Shown here: one piece after another, positions 38,368-46,640 of the stretch
Layout of the letters: each line of letters begins with the position of its first letter
Numbering within the stretch: the first letter of the stretch is position 1
DNA from: an uncultured bacterium
GTDB lineage: Bacteria; Zixibacteria; MSB-5A5; UBA10806
Assembly: GCA_965541585.1 (NCBI GenBank)
Contig: CBEUCH010000001.1
Location: forward strand, 224,001-288,000
Length of the DNA: 64,000 nt
Direction: 5' to 3'
The notes under the pieces: generated by a model
What the model was told of the DNA's origin: nothing
The model's database searches: none
What the model saw: only the letters and a program-made list of their open reading frames with translations
Translations under genes and position numbers: made by a program

Positions 38368-39639
38368 TTACTTAAATTGACTTCTCGGCCCCGCCGCGGT
38401 TATAATCCAGTCCTTAAAAATCCTTTCCACCTGATACATCATTTCCTTCCTTCCCGTTTGCGCGAATATAAGCATGACCGAGTCGCTCTTATTATAACCC
38501 GAGACTAATATCGGAATTCCCCCTAGCTGGTCGTTGTATTGCAGGGTGCCCCAGGGAATTTTATCCTGTAAAAACATGGCGTTAAGTGAATTTGTATAAT
38601 ATTCTACTTTATTATTCCCGATTACGGATAACAAATAGATATTCACCCTCTCGTGGCTGTCCGTAAATAATTTCAACACGGCCCTTACCGCCAGGTCTAT
38701 ATCCGTCGGCTTATCTAATCCGGGCCCGAGAGGATTTATATCCAGCCCATCCATGATCCCATCGCCGTCTGTATCGGCCTTGGCGGGATCGGTCCCGAAT
38801 GCGTTCTCCTCGACATTATAGAATCCGTCGTTATCCCAGTCTCTGGTCAAATATCTGGGCGATACCAGCTGATAAATGCCGTCCTGCGAATTCTTAAGGT
38901 AGGGGAGATTGGCAAATATATTAAGTATTGAATCGGATTCGGTTACAGGATTCTGCCGGCAAAAACCAGTAAACCAGGGTCCCTGCCAAGTATCGGAGTC
39001 AATTTCCTTTCTAATCAGCCAGAGGTTGTATAGGCTATCAGGGTAATCCCGCCTGTATATCAATCCCCACTTTATGCCGTCAGGCCCCGAAGTCTCGGCG
39101 ACAATTTTCTCGGCATCGATCTTGAGCCCGTCTTGCGACGGCCTTTGGAAAGTTCGTCTTCTTTTGCCGGTGTGATAATATTCTAATAATATGTCTCTGA
39201 AGCGTGATGTATGTCGTTCGCCCATCATCAGGGCGAGCTTTGTCCGATAAGCCCAAAACGCGCTATCCGAGTCGAAAATATACCTGTATTTTTCGGTCAA
39301 TAGAAATTCGCGCATGGTCTCGTAATCGACGCTATAGTCAGCGAACATGGAATCTATAACCAGAAGCTTCGATTGAGCTTCGGCGTCTAGAAATCTGTCT
39401 CGCCAAATCCGGCGGTAGTGTTCCGGCTCCCAACTATCTATGTATTCCTTCGTATTGCCTAATCTAATGGCATAATCCGTATTGGCATGTAGCAGGGAAT
39501 CGAAGAGCGTTTGTTTTTCTGCTCTTCCCGATTTTACCAGTCTCTCCAACATCAAAGAGTCCTCGTAATCGGAACCGTATGCTAATGAACTTATCCCGAG
39601 TATCAGAGTAATTGCCAAAGGCAAAATCCAAGCTCGCAT
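38368..39639 (-). CDS. Exported hypothetical protein with Ca-binding (TSP3-like) DxDxDG repeats
   Basis: Signal peptide; DWDNDGF...E...GTDP..ADTDGDGIMDG.D.NP; GGAGG RBS. Confidence 0.75.
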   Translation of the reverse strand: MRAWILPLAITLILGISSLAYGSDYEDSLMLERLVKSGRAEKQTLFDSLLHANTDYAIRLGNTKEYIDSWEPEHYRRIWRDRFLDAEAQSKLLVIDSMFADYSVDYETMREFLLTEKYRYIFDSDSAFWAYRTKLALMMGERHTSRFRDILLEYYHTGKRRRTFQRPSQDGLKIDAEKIVAETSGPDGIKWGLIYRRDYPDSLYNLWLIRKEIDSDTWQGPWFTGFCRQNPVTESDSILNIFANLPYLKNSQDGIYQLVSPRYLTRDWDNDGFYNVEENAFGTDPAKADTDGDGIMDGLDINPLGPGLDKPTDIDLAVRAVLKLFTDSHERVNIYLLSVIGNNKVEYYTNSLNAMFLQDKIPWGTLQYNDQLGGIPILVSGYNKSDSVMLIFAQTGRKEMMYQVERIFKDWIITAAGPRSQFK

Positions 39640-39711
39640 ATCTATCCCTCCTGAGCTAATTTACTATTGCCCTTTATAATAAGATACGAATTTATGGCTG
39701 TTTTATTCCCC

Positions 39712-39872
39712 TTGCCAAATCCGCTCCCGAACCCTAAATTCCTGCCGATCGCGTGCGTCGTGCGGTCAAGTCTCCGCACTCGACCGCTACCAAAGCCTCA
39801 GGATGCCATTCCATTCCATCCTGACGCATAATACATTTCCTCCTTGCCATAATCCCCATAAAAAATTAAATT
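39712..39872 (+). promoter_or_regulatory. Two tandem sigma70-type promoters upstream of tdh
   Basis: TTGCCA-N17-TAAATT at both 39712-39740 and 39844-39872. Confidence 0.55.
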
Positions 39873-39929
39873 GCGCAACTGATGTATGCGCGTATGCGAT
39901 GATGTTAACCTGAACGAATAGAGAGCGGG

Positions 39930-40910
39930 ATGAAGAAACAGATGAAAAAGATACTGGTGACCGGGGCGGTGGGGCAGATCGGGTCGGAACTGACTATGGA
40001 GCTGCGCAAACGTTACGGCGCGGAGAACGTGATCGCCACCGGGCGGAAAACCAAACCGTCTGATGAACTGAAAAACTCCGGGCCGTTTCATTTTATCAAT
40101 GTCAATGACATAGACACGGTGGAGGAGATAGTCAGGAAATACGATATCGATACGGTCTATCATATGGCGGCCATACTCTCGGCGGTGGGGGAGAAGAATC
40201 CGCAGTTCTGCTGGGATGTCAACATGAACGGCACCATAAATATTCTCGAACTGGGTATAAAATACGAGATGGCGCGGATTATCATACCGAGCTCCATCGC
40301 CGTCTGGGGCGCGGGCGTGCCGCTGGATAACACACCGCAGGAATCGGTGCTAAAACCGACAACCATGTACGGTGTCACCAAGGTTTGCGGCGAGCTTCTT
40401 TGCGATTACTATGTCCAGCGCTTCGGACTGGATATCCGCGGGTTACGTTACCCCGGGATCATCTCCTACGAGACCCTGCCCGGCGGCGGCACCACCGATT
40501 ACGCCGTGGCCATCTATTATGAAGCGGTCGAAAAAGGCAAATACACCTGTTTCGTTCGGGAGGATACCAGGCTTCCCATGATGTATATGCCGGATTGTTT
40601 CGAGGGGACAATTCAGTTAGCTGAAGCTGATTTCTCAAAGCTGAAACATCATTCCGATTTCAACTATGCCGCCATGAGCTTCTCGGCCGGAGAACTGGCA
40701 GCCGAGATTAAAAAGCATATACCGGATTTTACAGCCACCTACGAGCCGGATTTCCGGCAGGCAATCGCCGATTCCTGGCCTAACTCCATCGACGATTCCG
40801 CAGCCCGTGAGGAATGGGGCTGGAAACCGCAATGGGATCTGGCAGCCATGACCGAGGATATGCTAAAAAATCTCAAGGAGCGAAAGGCGACAGGGACTCT
40901 GTATAAGTAA
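39930..40910 (+). CDS. tdh: L-threonine 3-dehydrogenase (SDR type)
   Basis: ILVTGAVGQIGSEL, HMAAILSAVGE, YGVTK, PGGGTTDYAV, RQAIADSWP; kbl nearby. Confidence 0.92.
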   Translation: MKKQMKKILVTGAVGQIGSELTMELRKRYGAENVIATGRKTKPSDELKNSGPFHFINVNDIDTVEEIVRKYDIDTVYHMAAILSAVGEKNPQFCWDVNMNGTINILELGIKYEMARIIIPSSIAVWGAGVPLDNTPQESVLKPTTMYGVTKVCGELLCDYYVQRFGLDIRGLRYPGIISYETLPGGGTTDYAVAIYYEAVEKGKYTCFVREDTRLPMMYMPDCFEGTIQLAEADFSKLKHHSDFNYAAMSFSAGELAAEIKKHIPDFTATYEPDFRQAIADSWPNSIDDSAAREEWGWKPQWDLAAMTEDMLKNLKERKATGTLYK

Positions 40911-40963
40911 TCGAAAGCCGTCAGGTCAGGAGACCTGACGGCAAGGTAGATTAAGCATTTTTT

Positions 40964-41034
40964 AACGGTCTGGCGCTATCGCCCGGCCGTTTTTCATATT
41001 AAAAAAAGCCGCTTCCGAAATGAAGACGGCTTTC
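40964..41034. terminator. Paired intrinsic terminators between convergent genes
   Basis: AACGGTCTGGCG-ctat-CGCCCGGCCGTT-TTT on the + strand; A7-GCCGCTTC...GAAGACGGC giving a U-tract on the - strand. Confidence 0.65.
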
Positions 41035-41056
41035 GGCAATAAAGGAGGTATCTTAT

Positions 41057-41473
41057 TTATTTTTTATGTGATCTGCACATGTCCATTACGTTATGAGTCT
41101 TGCACCATGAAATGGTCACGGCGCCTATAGTATACGATTCGACGTCGAGTTGGTTAGCATCCGCGTAATAAACACCGTGCACGGAGACCTCTTTATTGTG
41201 GTAATCTTTACCTTTAAAAAGATTTTCGGAATATACGTTTTCCAGAAACGTAATGAACTTGCCGTCCTCTGTTTTTAGCGCGTGTGTGTGACCGTATTTG
41301 CTGCATTCTGACCGGGCGCCTTCCTCGCTCTTGAGCGTACAGCCCAGACATACAAGTTTGCCTTCAAAAGTGGCACGCTTACCTTCCGCAAATGTCTGTT
41401 CCGCGCCGGCGATAAACAAGGCTCCCCAAAAGAGCGCCAGTACTACAGAAAGTGAAGTTAATCTCGCGGTCAT
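41057..41473 (-). CDS. Exported small Cys/His-rich hypothetical protein (possible metal binder)
   Basis: Signal peptide; CLGC...C...GHTH...C..H...C; GGAGG RBS. Confidence 0.7.
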   Translation of the reverse strand: MTARLTSLSVVLALFWGALFIAGAEQTFAEGKRATFEGKLVCLGCTLKSEEGARSECSKYGHTHALKTEDGKFITFLENVYSENLFKGKDYHNKEVSVHGVYYADANQLDVESYTIGAVTISWCKTHNVMDMCRSHKK

Positions 41474-41612
41474 TTTTCCTCCTGGTTGTCGTTTTTGATA
41501 TTGACTTCTATATTCATAATTATTATAACGTGATTGATCGGCTTCGGGTTCCTTTTGTGGCTGAATTAATCGCGGTTAAATAATTAAGTTTACATTCCTG
41601 ATCCATCAAAAA

Positions 41613-41851
41613 TGGATGCAGCATCACGCCCGGCATGACAGGGAGATGGCACCCTGTGGATGCAGCATCACGCCCGGCATGACAGGGAGATGGCACCCTG
41701 TGGATTCCGCATCAAGTGCGGAATGACAAGGGCGAAAAGGTTGTCATTCCCGCGTAATCGAAGATCCCCGAAGGGCAAGCGGGAATCCAGAGGGGGAGCC
41801 GTATTCTGGTCCTACGGATCCGAAGGAATTCCCAATCAAGCTGGGAATGAC
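41613..41851. repeat. Composite palindromic repeat, copy D, preceded by a perfect 2x44-bp tandem duplication
   Basis: 41613-41656 is identical to 41657-41700; 41701-41851 is homologous to 35353-35502. Confidence 0.88.
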
Positions 41852-41972
41852 ATGGCAGGTCGCGCGGCATACTATATCCGAAAGATTGAGCCGTGAAGGA
41901 AGGCCGTCAGGGTATACTATTTTTGATTGACAATGATGATATGGCACGTATGTTGATTCCCGGAGAAAACTT

Positions 41973-43160
41973 ATGCTGCCGCTTCTGTTGCTCTTTCTTT
42001 TAATAATCGTTCTGATCAGGTTTAAAATTCCTATAGGATTATCTCTTCTTGCCGGCGCTCTGTTTCTCGGAATCTGGAACTACGGATTGGGAAACGATCT
42101 CTGGATACTGCTCTATCAATCCTTCATCAATATCAAAAGCTGGAATCTTGTAATAACAGTAATCCTGATTTTGACATTTGCCAACCTGTTTGAGTCGGCG
42201 GGCCTGGTGAAATCGATGGTGTCATCGCTGGAATCATTTTTATCGCCTCGCTGGGTCGGTCGGGCAGCTCCGGCAATCATCGGGCTTTTACCGATGCCGG
42301 GAGGCGCCATGGTCTCAGCGCCTATTGTCAGGGAGATCGGGAGGAATACCGATACCAGGCCGGAGGTCTTCACGGCCGCCAACTACTGGTGGCGTCATGT
42401 CTGGGAGGCGACCTGGCCTCTTTACCCCAGCATAATACTGGCGGCGGCGGTATTGAAGATCTCCGTTTGGGACGTGGCTATTGTCAACTTCCCTATCAGC
42501 GTCACCTGCATTGCTGCCGGTCTTTTGCTGGGGAAAATCGGCAATTCTCAAAGGTCGGGAGCCAGGCCCGATTTGCTGCTTCTTCTAAAGTCGCTCTGGC
42601 CTATATTATTTATAGTCCTGCTGGGTCTGGTGCTGAAAGTCGATCTGATTTTCTCGGTGGTATTCGTAATTCTGATCCTGGTTTTTGCGTACCGGATCCG
42701 GTTTCCGGCAGTGAAGAGGGCCTTTCTGAAAAGTTTCTCTCCGAATATCATAGTCCTGATATTCGGGGTAATGACCTTGATGTATACCATGGAGATAACC
42801 GGTACGGCGGGGCTTTTCTACGAGGAACTTCTCCAGATAAATATCGCGCCGGCTTTTGTTGTTTTTGCAGTGCCTTTTGTTGTCGGAGTTCTGACCGGAG
42901 TAACATCGGCATATATCGGAGTTAGCTTCCCGGTTATCCTGCCGCTTCTGGGAACTGAGTCGTTATCCTTTAAATCCGGGATGCTTTTAGCGTTTGCGGG
43001 CGGATTCATGGGGGTTATGGCTTCCCCGGTCCATCTTTGCCTGGTGCTGACCAAGGAATACTTCAGGGCCTCACTGGGGAAAACCATGGTGCTTTTGGCT
43101 CTTCCGATCGTCATAACGTCATGTATGGCATGGGTCTTAGCCGGCATCCTGTATAGCTGA
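41973..43160 (+). CDS. DUF401 family membrane protein
   Basis: PAIIGLLPMPGGAMVSAP, NYWWRHVWE..WPLYP, SPVHLCLVLT.EYF. Confidence 0.88.
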   Translation: MLPLLLLFLLIIVLIRFKIPIGLSLLAGALFLGIWNYGLGNDLWILLYQSFINIKSWNLVITVILILTFANLFESAGLVKSMVSSLESFLSPRWVGRAAPAIIGLLPMPGGAMVSAPIVREIGRNTDTRPEVFTAANYWWRHVWEATWPLYPSIILAAAVLKISVWDVAIVNFPISVTCIAAGLLLGKIGNSQRSGARPDLLLLLKSLWPILFIVLLGLVLKVDLIFSVVFVILILVFAYRIRFPAVKRAFLKSFSPNIIVLIFGVMTLMYTMEITGTAGLFYEELLQINIAPAFVVFAVPFVVGVLTGVTSAYIGVSFPVILPLLGTESLSFKSGMLLAFAGGFMGVMASPVHLCLVLTKEYFRASLGKTMVLLALPIVITSCMAWVLAGILYS

Positions 43161-43216
43161 TTTATTTTCTAAGGGCTGGTTATAGATTTCCGATATTACA
43201 AAAGGAGAGAGAAATT

Positions 43217-43414
43217 ATGGGAGAAATGACCGGCATCATAATCGGGATATCAGTTGTGGTTTTGACATGGGTGGTGGCCAAGCTCAACGAGAAGGTTGAT
43301 AAACATATCAAGCGTTTTAAGCGGTTTGAGGACGCACTCAGAAAGAACGCCACAGGGCGAGTTGGCAGACAGGCCACCGATCACAAGAAGCAGCCCCAAG
43401 ACGTTTATCCTTAA
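43217..43414 (+). CDS. Small single-TM hypothetical protein
   Basis: AAGGAGA RBS; N-terminal TM; basic tail. Confidence 0.5.
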   Translation: MGEMTGIIIGISVVVLTWVVAKLNEKVDKHIKRFKRFEDALRKNATGRVGRQATDHKKQPQDVYP

Positions 43415-43510
43415 TAAGATAGACAAATCCACTATTATTCTCTGGTGAAATTGTTGGGAACTCCCCATCAGCAATCGTGTATAATGATGTAAGAGGAATT
43501 GCGGAGACTT

Positions 43511-44134
43511 ATGGAAACCGATTCTGGAAAAACAAAAAAGCCGGCAATCTCGGATAAAGAGCTAATGGAACTAATCCAGGCCGGGGATGATAAAGCCTTC
43601 GGATTGTTGGTGGGGCGATTTCAAGACCGCCTGCTGAACTTCGTTGGGCGGATCGTCACGGATCGCGAAACTGCCGAGGAGCTGGTTCAGGAAACCTTCC
43701 TGAGAATCTTCAACCAGAAGAACAGTTACACTCCCGAATATGCCGTTTCGACGTGGGTATATACGATAGCACTCAATCTGGCACGATCCGAGCTTCGCAA
43801 GAGAAAATTACGGCGTTATTTGAGTCTCGATTTCATCAAGGAAGAGGCTGATATCGAGTTGCCGGCCAGGATTAATCTCAAGGCTGTGAGCCTGGCCCCG
43901 ATTATTCAGCAGGCGATAGAGAAACTCCCTGAGGATTACAGGACAGCATTCGTATTATGCGATATTCAGAGGCTACCTTATCAGCAGATAGCCGAGGTTA
44001 TGAGGGTTCCGGTGGGAACGGTCAAATCGAGAATAAACCGAGCAAGATCGATGTTGAGAGATAAGCTTAAGCCATATAAGGAGATATATTATGAATTGTC
44101 GAGGGGCGTCCCGCAGACTATCAGCCTATATTGA
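43511..44134 (+). CDS. ECF RNA polymerase sigma factor
   Basis: AEELVQETFLRI, STWVYTIALN, Y..IAEVM.VPVGTVKSRINRAR. Confidence 0.93.
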   Translation: METDSGKTKKPAISDKELMELIQAGDDKAFGLLVGRFQDRLLNFVGRIVTDRETAEELVQETFLRIFNQKNSYTPEYAVSTWVYTIALNLARSELRKRKLRRYLSLDFIKEEADIELPARINLKAVSLAPIIQQAIEKLPEDYRTAFVLCDIQRLPYQQIAEVMRVPVGTVKSRINRARSMLRDKLKPYKEIYYELSRGVPQTISLY

Positions 44135-44684
44135 TAAAGACCTTTCCCCTGGTATAAGGCAATCGGTGGAGGAACACCTGCAAACCTGCAGATCCTGCAA
44201 ACAGAAACTCGCCGAATTGAAAGCTATCGTCGTGGCGGCTCATAGTATGCCGCCGATGAAGGTTTCCAGCGGTTTCAAGGAACGGGTTTTGGCCGCCGTC
44301 CATGACGACAGTAGATCGTCATTGGGATCAAGGGCTATTCGCCTGAGGCTGGCGCTGGCCGGGACGGGATTCGTGATGTCGGCGGCGCTGGTATTTTTCC
44401 TGGCAGGCCCGCCATCCTCGTCGGTAACAACTTCCGGCACCGATGGAAAAATCCAGGTTACAACGGATTCTCAGGGGCAGGTCGATGCACCGGCGGCTCT
44501 TGATTTCACCGAGGATCCCCGGATAAAGATAGAATCTTTCCCGGTTCCGGAAGAGGCTGCGAATATTGATCTGACACATGATGACAGTTTACTGTTCGCC
44601 GATTCTACCTCCAGGATTGATGAGTTCATACTTCCCGTGATCGAAAAATCCCGGGAGCGGGAGAACGTCAACGTTGAATTTTAG
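44091..44684 (+). CDS. Zinc-finger (HxxxCxxC) transmembrane anti-sigma factor
   Basis: MNC...LSAYID.DL...EEHLQTCRSC; single TM; overlaps the sigma gene. Confidence 0.88.
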   Translation: MNCRGASRRLSAYIDKDLSPGIRQSVEEHLQTCRSCKQKLAELKAIVVAAHSMPPMKVSSGFKERVLAAVHDDSRSSLGSRAIRLRLALAGTGFVMSAALVFFLAGPPSSSVTTSGTDGKIQVTTDSQGQVDAPAALDFTEDPRIKIESFPVPEEAANIDLTHDDSLLFADSTSRIDEFILPVIEKSRERENVNVEF

Positions 44685-44694
44685 AAGGGACGAG

Positions 44695-45900
44695 ATGAAA
44701 AGAAAGCTAAAGATTTTCACGACTGCGCTGACTATTTTTTTGATCTTTACCGGGGGAACGACTTATGGTGGTGTTCTAAAATCCCTCGATGAAGAGTTGA
44801 CCTCGCTGGTAGAGAAGACCGAACCTTTTCTGGTTACGGTTAAAGGCAAAGGGGCCTGGAGAAATTTAATAGCTACCGGGATCGTGTATGACAAAAGAGG
44901 CCATGTGATTACATCATCGCATGTTTTCAGCGCGGATAAGTTCGAGATTACTTTCAAAGACGGAGCGGCGTTTTCCGCAGAGAAAATAGGTGTCGATAAT
45001 CAAACCGGCCTGGCGGTATTGAAGATTGATAGCGACGATTTGAATCCCCCGGATTGGGGAAAAGTCTCAAAACTTAGAGACGGGGCCTGGATACTGGTGG
45101 TGGGCAATTCTTACGGCATTCCTGCCACCATGAATATCGGTACCTTCTCCGGGGATACAGAGGAGGGTTTTCTTCAGCTAAGCGTCGATGTCAGGCCAGG
45201 GGCCTCGGGGGGAGCGGTTCTGAATACCGATGGCAAGATTGCCGGAATATTGATAGCCCGTGAAGCGGATCCCAGGATCGCGATCCAGAGTCGGGGTCGT
45301 GATGACTTCTTGCGAAATTATGAAGGCGGCCTGAAGTTCTTCGATCTGATGCGGAAATCCGAAGACAGGGCCATTGCGATTCCCAGCGGGATGGTCGTTG
45401 ACGTTGCCGACCAGCTAATCGAGACCGGGGACGTCAAACGGGGATTTCTCGGAATCAGTCAGAAAAACCTCTCCTCAACGGAGCGCGACGAATACGACCT
45501 CCAGAGCGGAGTTCTGGTGGTCGATGTTGTCGAGGAGTCTCCTGCCGAGGAGGCCGGGCTGGAAGAGGGCGATATAATAACCGCCGTCGAGGATAAGCCC
45601 ATACAGGATACTTCCGATCTCTTCAGCTTAATTCGTTCCCATAAGCCGGGGGACAGGGTGATGATCGCATATTACCGCGGCGGCGAAAAGCAGACGACTG
45701 AAGCCATACTGGAAACCGCCGACGATGTTGATCTATTCGGTAAATGGAAGATACGAGAGATTGTTCCGAAGCTGAATGTGGACAATCGGTTATGGCTGCC
45801 AAACGCGACCGATCTTAAAGAAGATATGTCTCGGCTAAGGGATGAATTGGATCGTCTTCAGGACGATTTTGACGAGTTAAGAAAAAGGCTGAAAGAGTAG
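44695..45900 (+). CDS. HtrA/DegP-like protease with one PDZ domain and C-terminal coiled coil
   Basis: ITSSHV, PGASGGAVLN..G...GI, RGFLGI, SPAEEAGL..GDII; heptad tail. Confidence 0.85.
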   Translation: MKRKLKIFTTALTIFLIFTGGTTYGGVLKSLDEELTSLVEKTEPFLVTVKGKGAWRNLIATGIVYDKRGHVITSSHVFSADKFEITFKDGAAFSAEKIGVDNQTGLAVLKIDSDDLNPPDWGKVSKLRDGAWILVVGNSYGIPATMNIGTFSGDTEEGFLQLSVDVRPGASGGAVLNTDGKIAGILIAREADPRIAIQSRGRDDFLRNYEGGLKFFDLMRKSEDRAIAIPSGMVVDVADQLIETGDVKRGFLGISQKNLSSTERDEYDLQSGVLVVDVVEESPAEEAGLEEGDIITAVEDKPIQDTSDLFSLIRSHKPGDRVMIAYYRGGEKQTTEAILETADDVDLFGKWKIREIVPKLNVDNRLWLPNATDLKEDMSRLRDELDRLQDDFDELRKRLKE

Positions 45901-46069
45901 CCTCTTAGAGAATAGTTTTTTTAGAGTTAGTCTGATATCGGAGTCGCTATCGCATGATCTATCCGCACCCATTATAAAACCCTATATCGCCCAGAATCTG
46001 GAACTCAAGACTTTCCCATTCTGTTGGTTACGTTAGTTAGAGTACCTAACTGTGGGAGGATTTTAGGAG

Positions 46070-46098
46070 TTGACTGGATAGCCAATCTATGGTATATT
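46070..46098 (+). promoter_or_regulatory. Sigma70-type promoter of the pilin/pil cluster
   Basis: TTGACT-N17-TATATT with extended -10 TGn. Confidence 0.7.
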
Positions 46099-46216
46099 TT
46101 ACACTGGGGAGAGTATATTTCTTTTAGGGGTTCAAAGCAGCAAGCTATCTGGGAGGTTTTAGAGGTGGCTTGTTTGGATTTGAAGAGCAGATAATCGTGT
46201 GAAGGAGGTAATCTCA

Positions 46217-46612
46217 ATGAAGAAACTACGCAAGGCCAGCGGCTTTACGATGGTTGAGTTGGCTATCGTGCTGGTCATTCTCGCAATTCTGGCAGCTATC
46301 GCCGTTCCCATCTATCTGCAGTATGTCGAGAGCGCCCGCGCCGGAGAGGCACAGGAGGCTATTGCGGCGGTCTGGGCGGCAGCTAAGGTCCATCATGCCG
46401 AAACGGGAAAATGGGCCACCCAGATCTCTCAGTTGAGAAGGCTTCACCTCGAACAGGTTACAGAGGATAGATGGAGATTCACCATTACGCCCGGCTCCAA
46501 CGGAATTAGGAATATCCGGGCGACATCTAAGGGTCTGATGCCAGGGGGAGCGGGCAAGGTTGTCGCTTTTGATGCCGAACGAGGCACCTGGAGCGGCTAC
46601 GGATTCGATTAA
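46217..46612 (+). CDS. pilA: Type IVa major pilin candidate
   Basis: MKKLRKASG/FTMVELAIVLVILAILAAIAVP; strong AAGGAGGT RBS; first gene of the cluster. Confidence 0.85.
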   Translation: MKKLRKASGFTMVELAIVLVILAILAAIAVPIYLQYVESARAGEAQEAIAAVWAAAKVHHAETGKWATQISQLRRLHLEQVTEDRWRFTITPGSNGIRNIRATSKGLMPGGAGKVVAFDAERGTWSGYGFD

Positions 46613-46640
46613 TCATTAACTCTTTCCAAGGACTGGCGCA

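Noticed and set aside
35216..39929. Classical integron with attC sites
   Set aside because: No RYYYAAC...GTTRRRY-bounded sites recognised and no tyrosine integrase in the window
35319..41851. Palindromic repeats as a CRISPR array
   Set aside because: Copies are dispersed or directly tandem without unique, regularly sized spacers, and no cas genes are present
46105..46216. c-di-GMP riboswitch upstream of the pilin
   Set aside because: I could not find the GEMM-type conserved motifs and two-hairpin tetraloop/receptor layout
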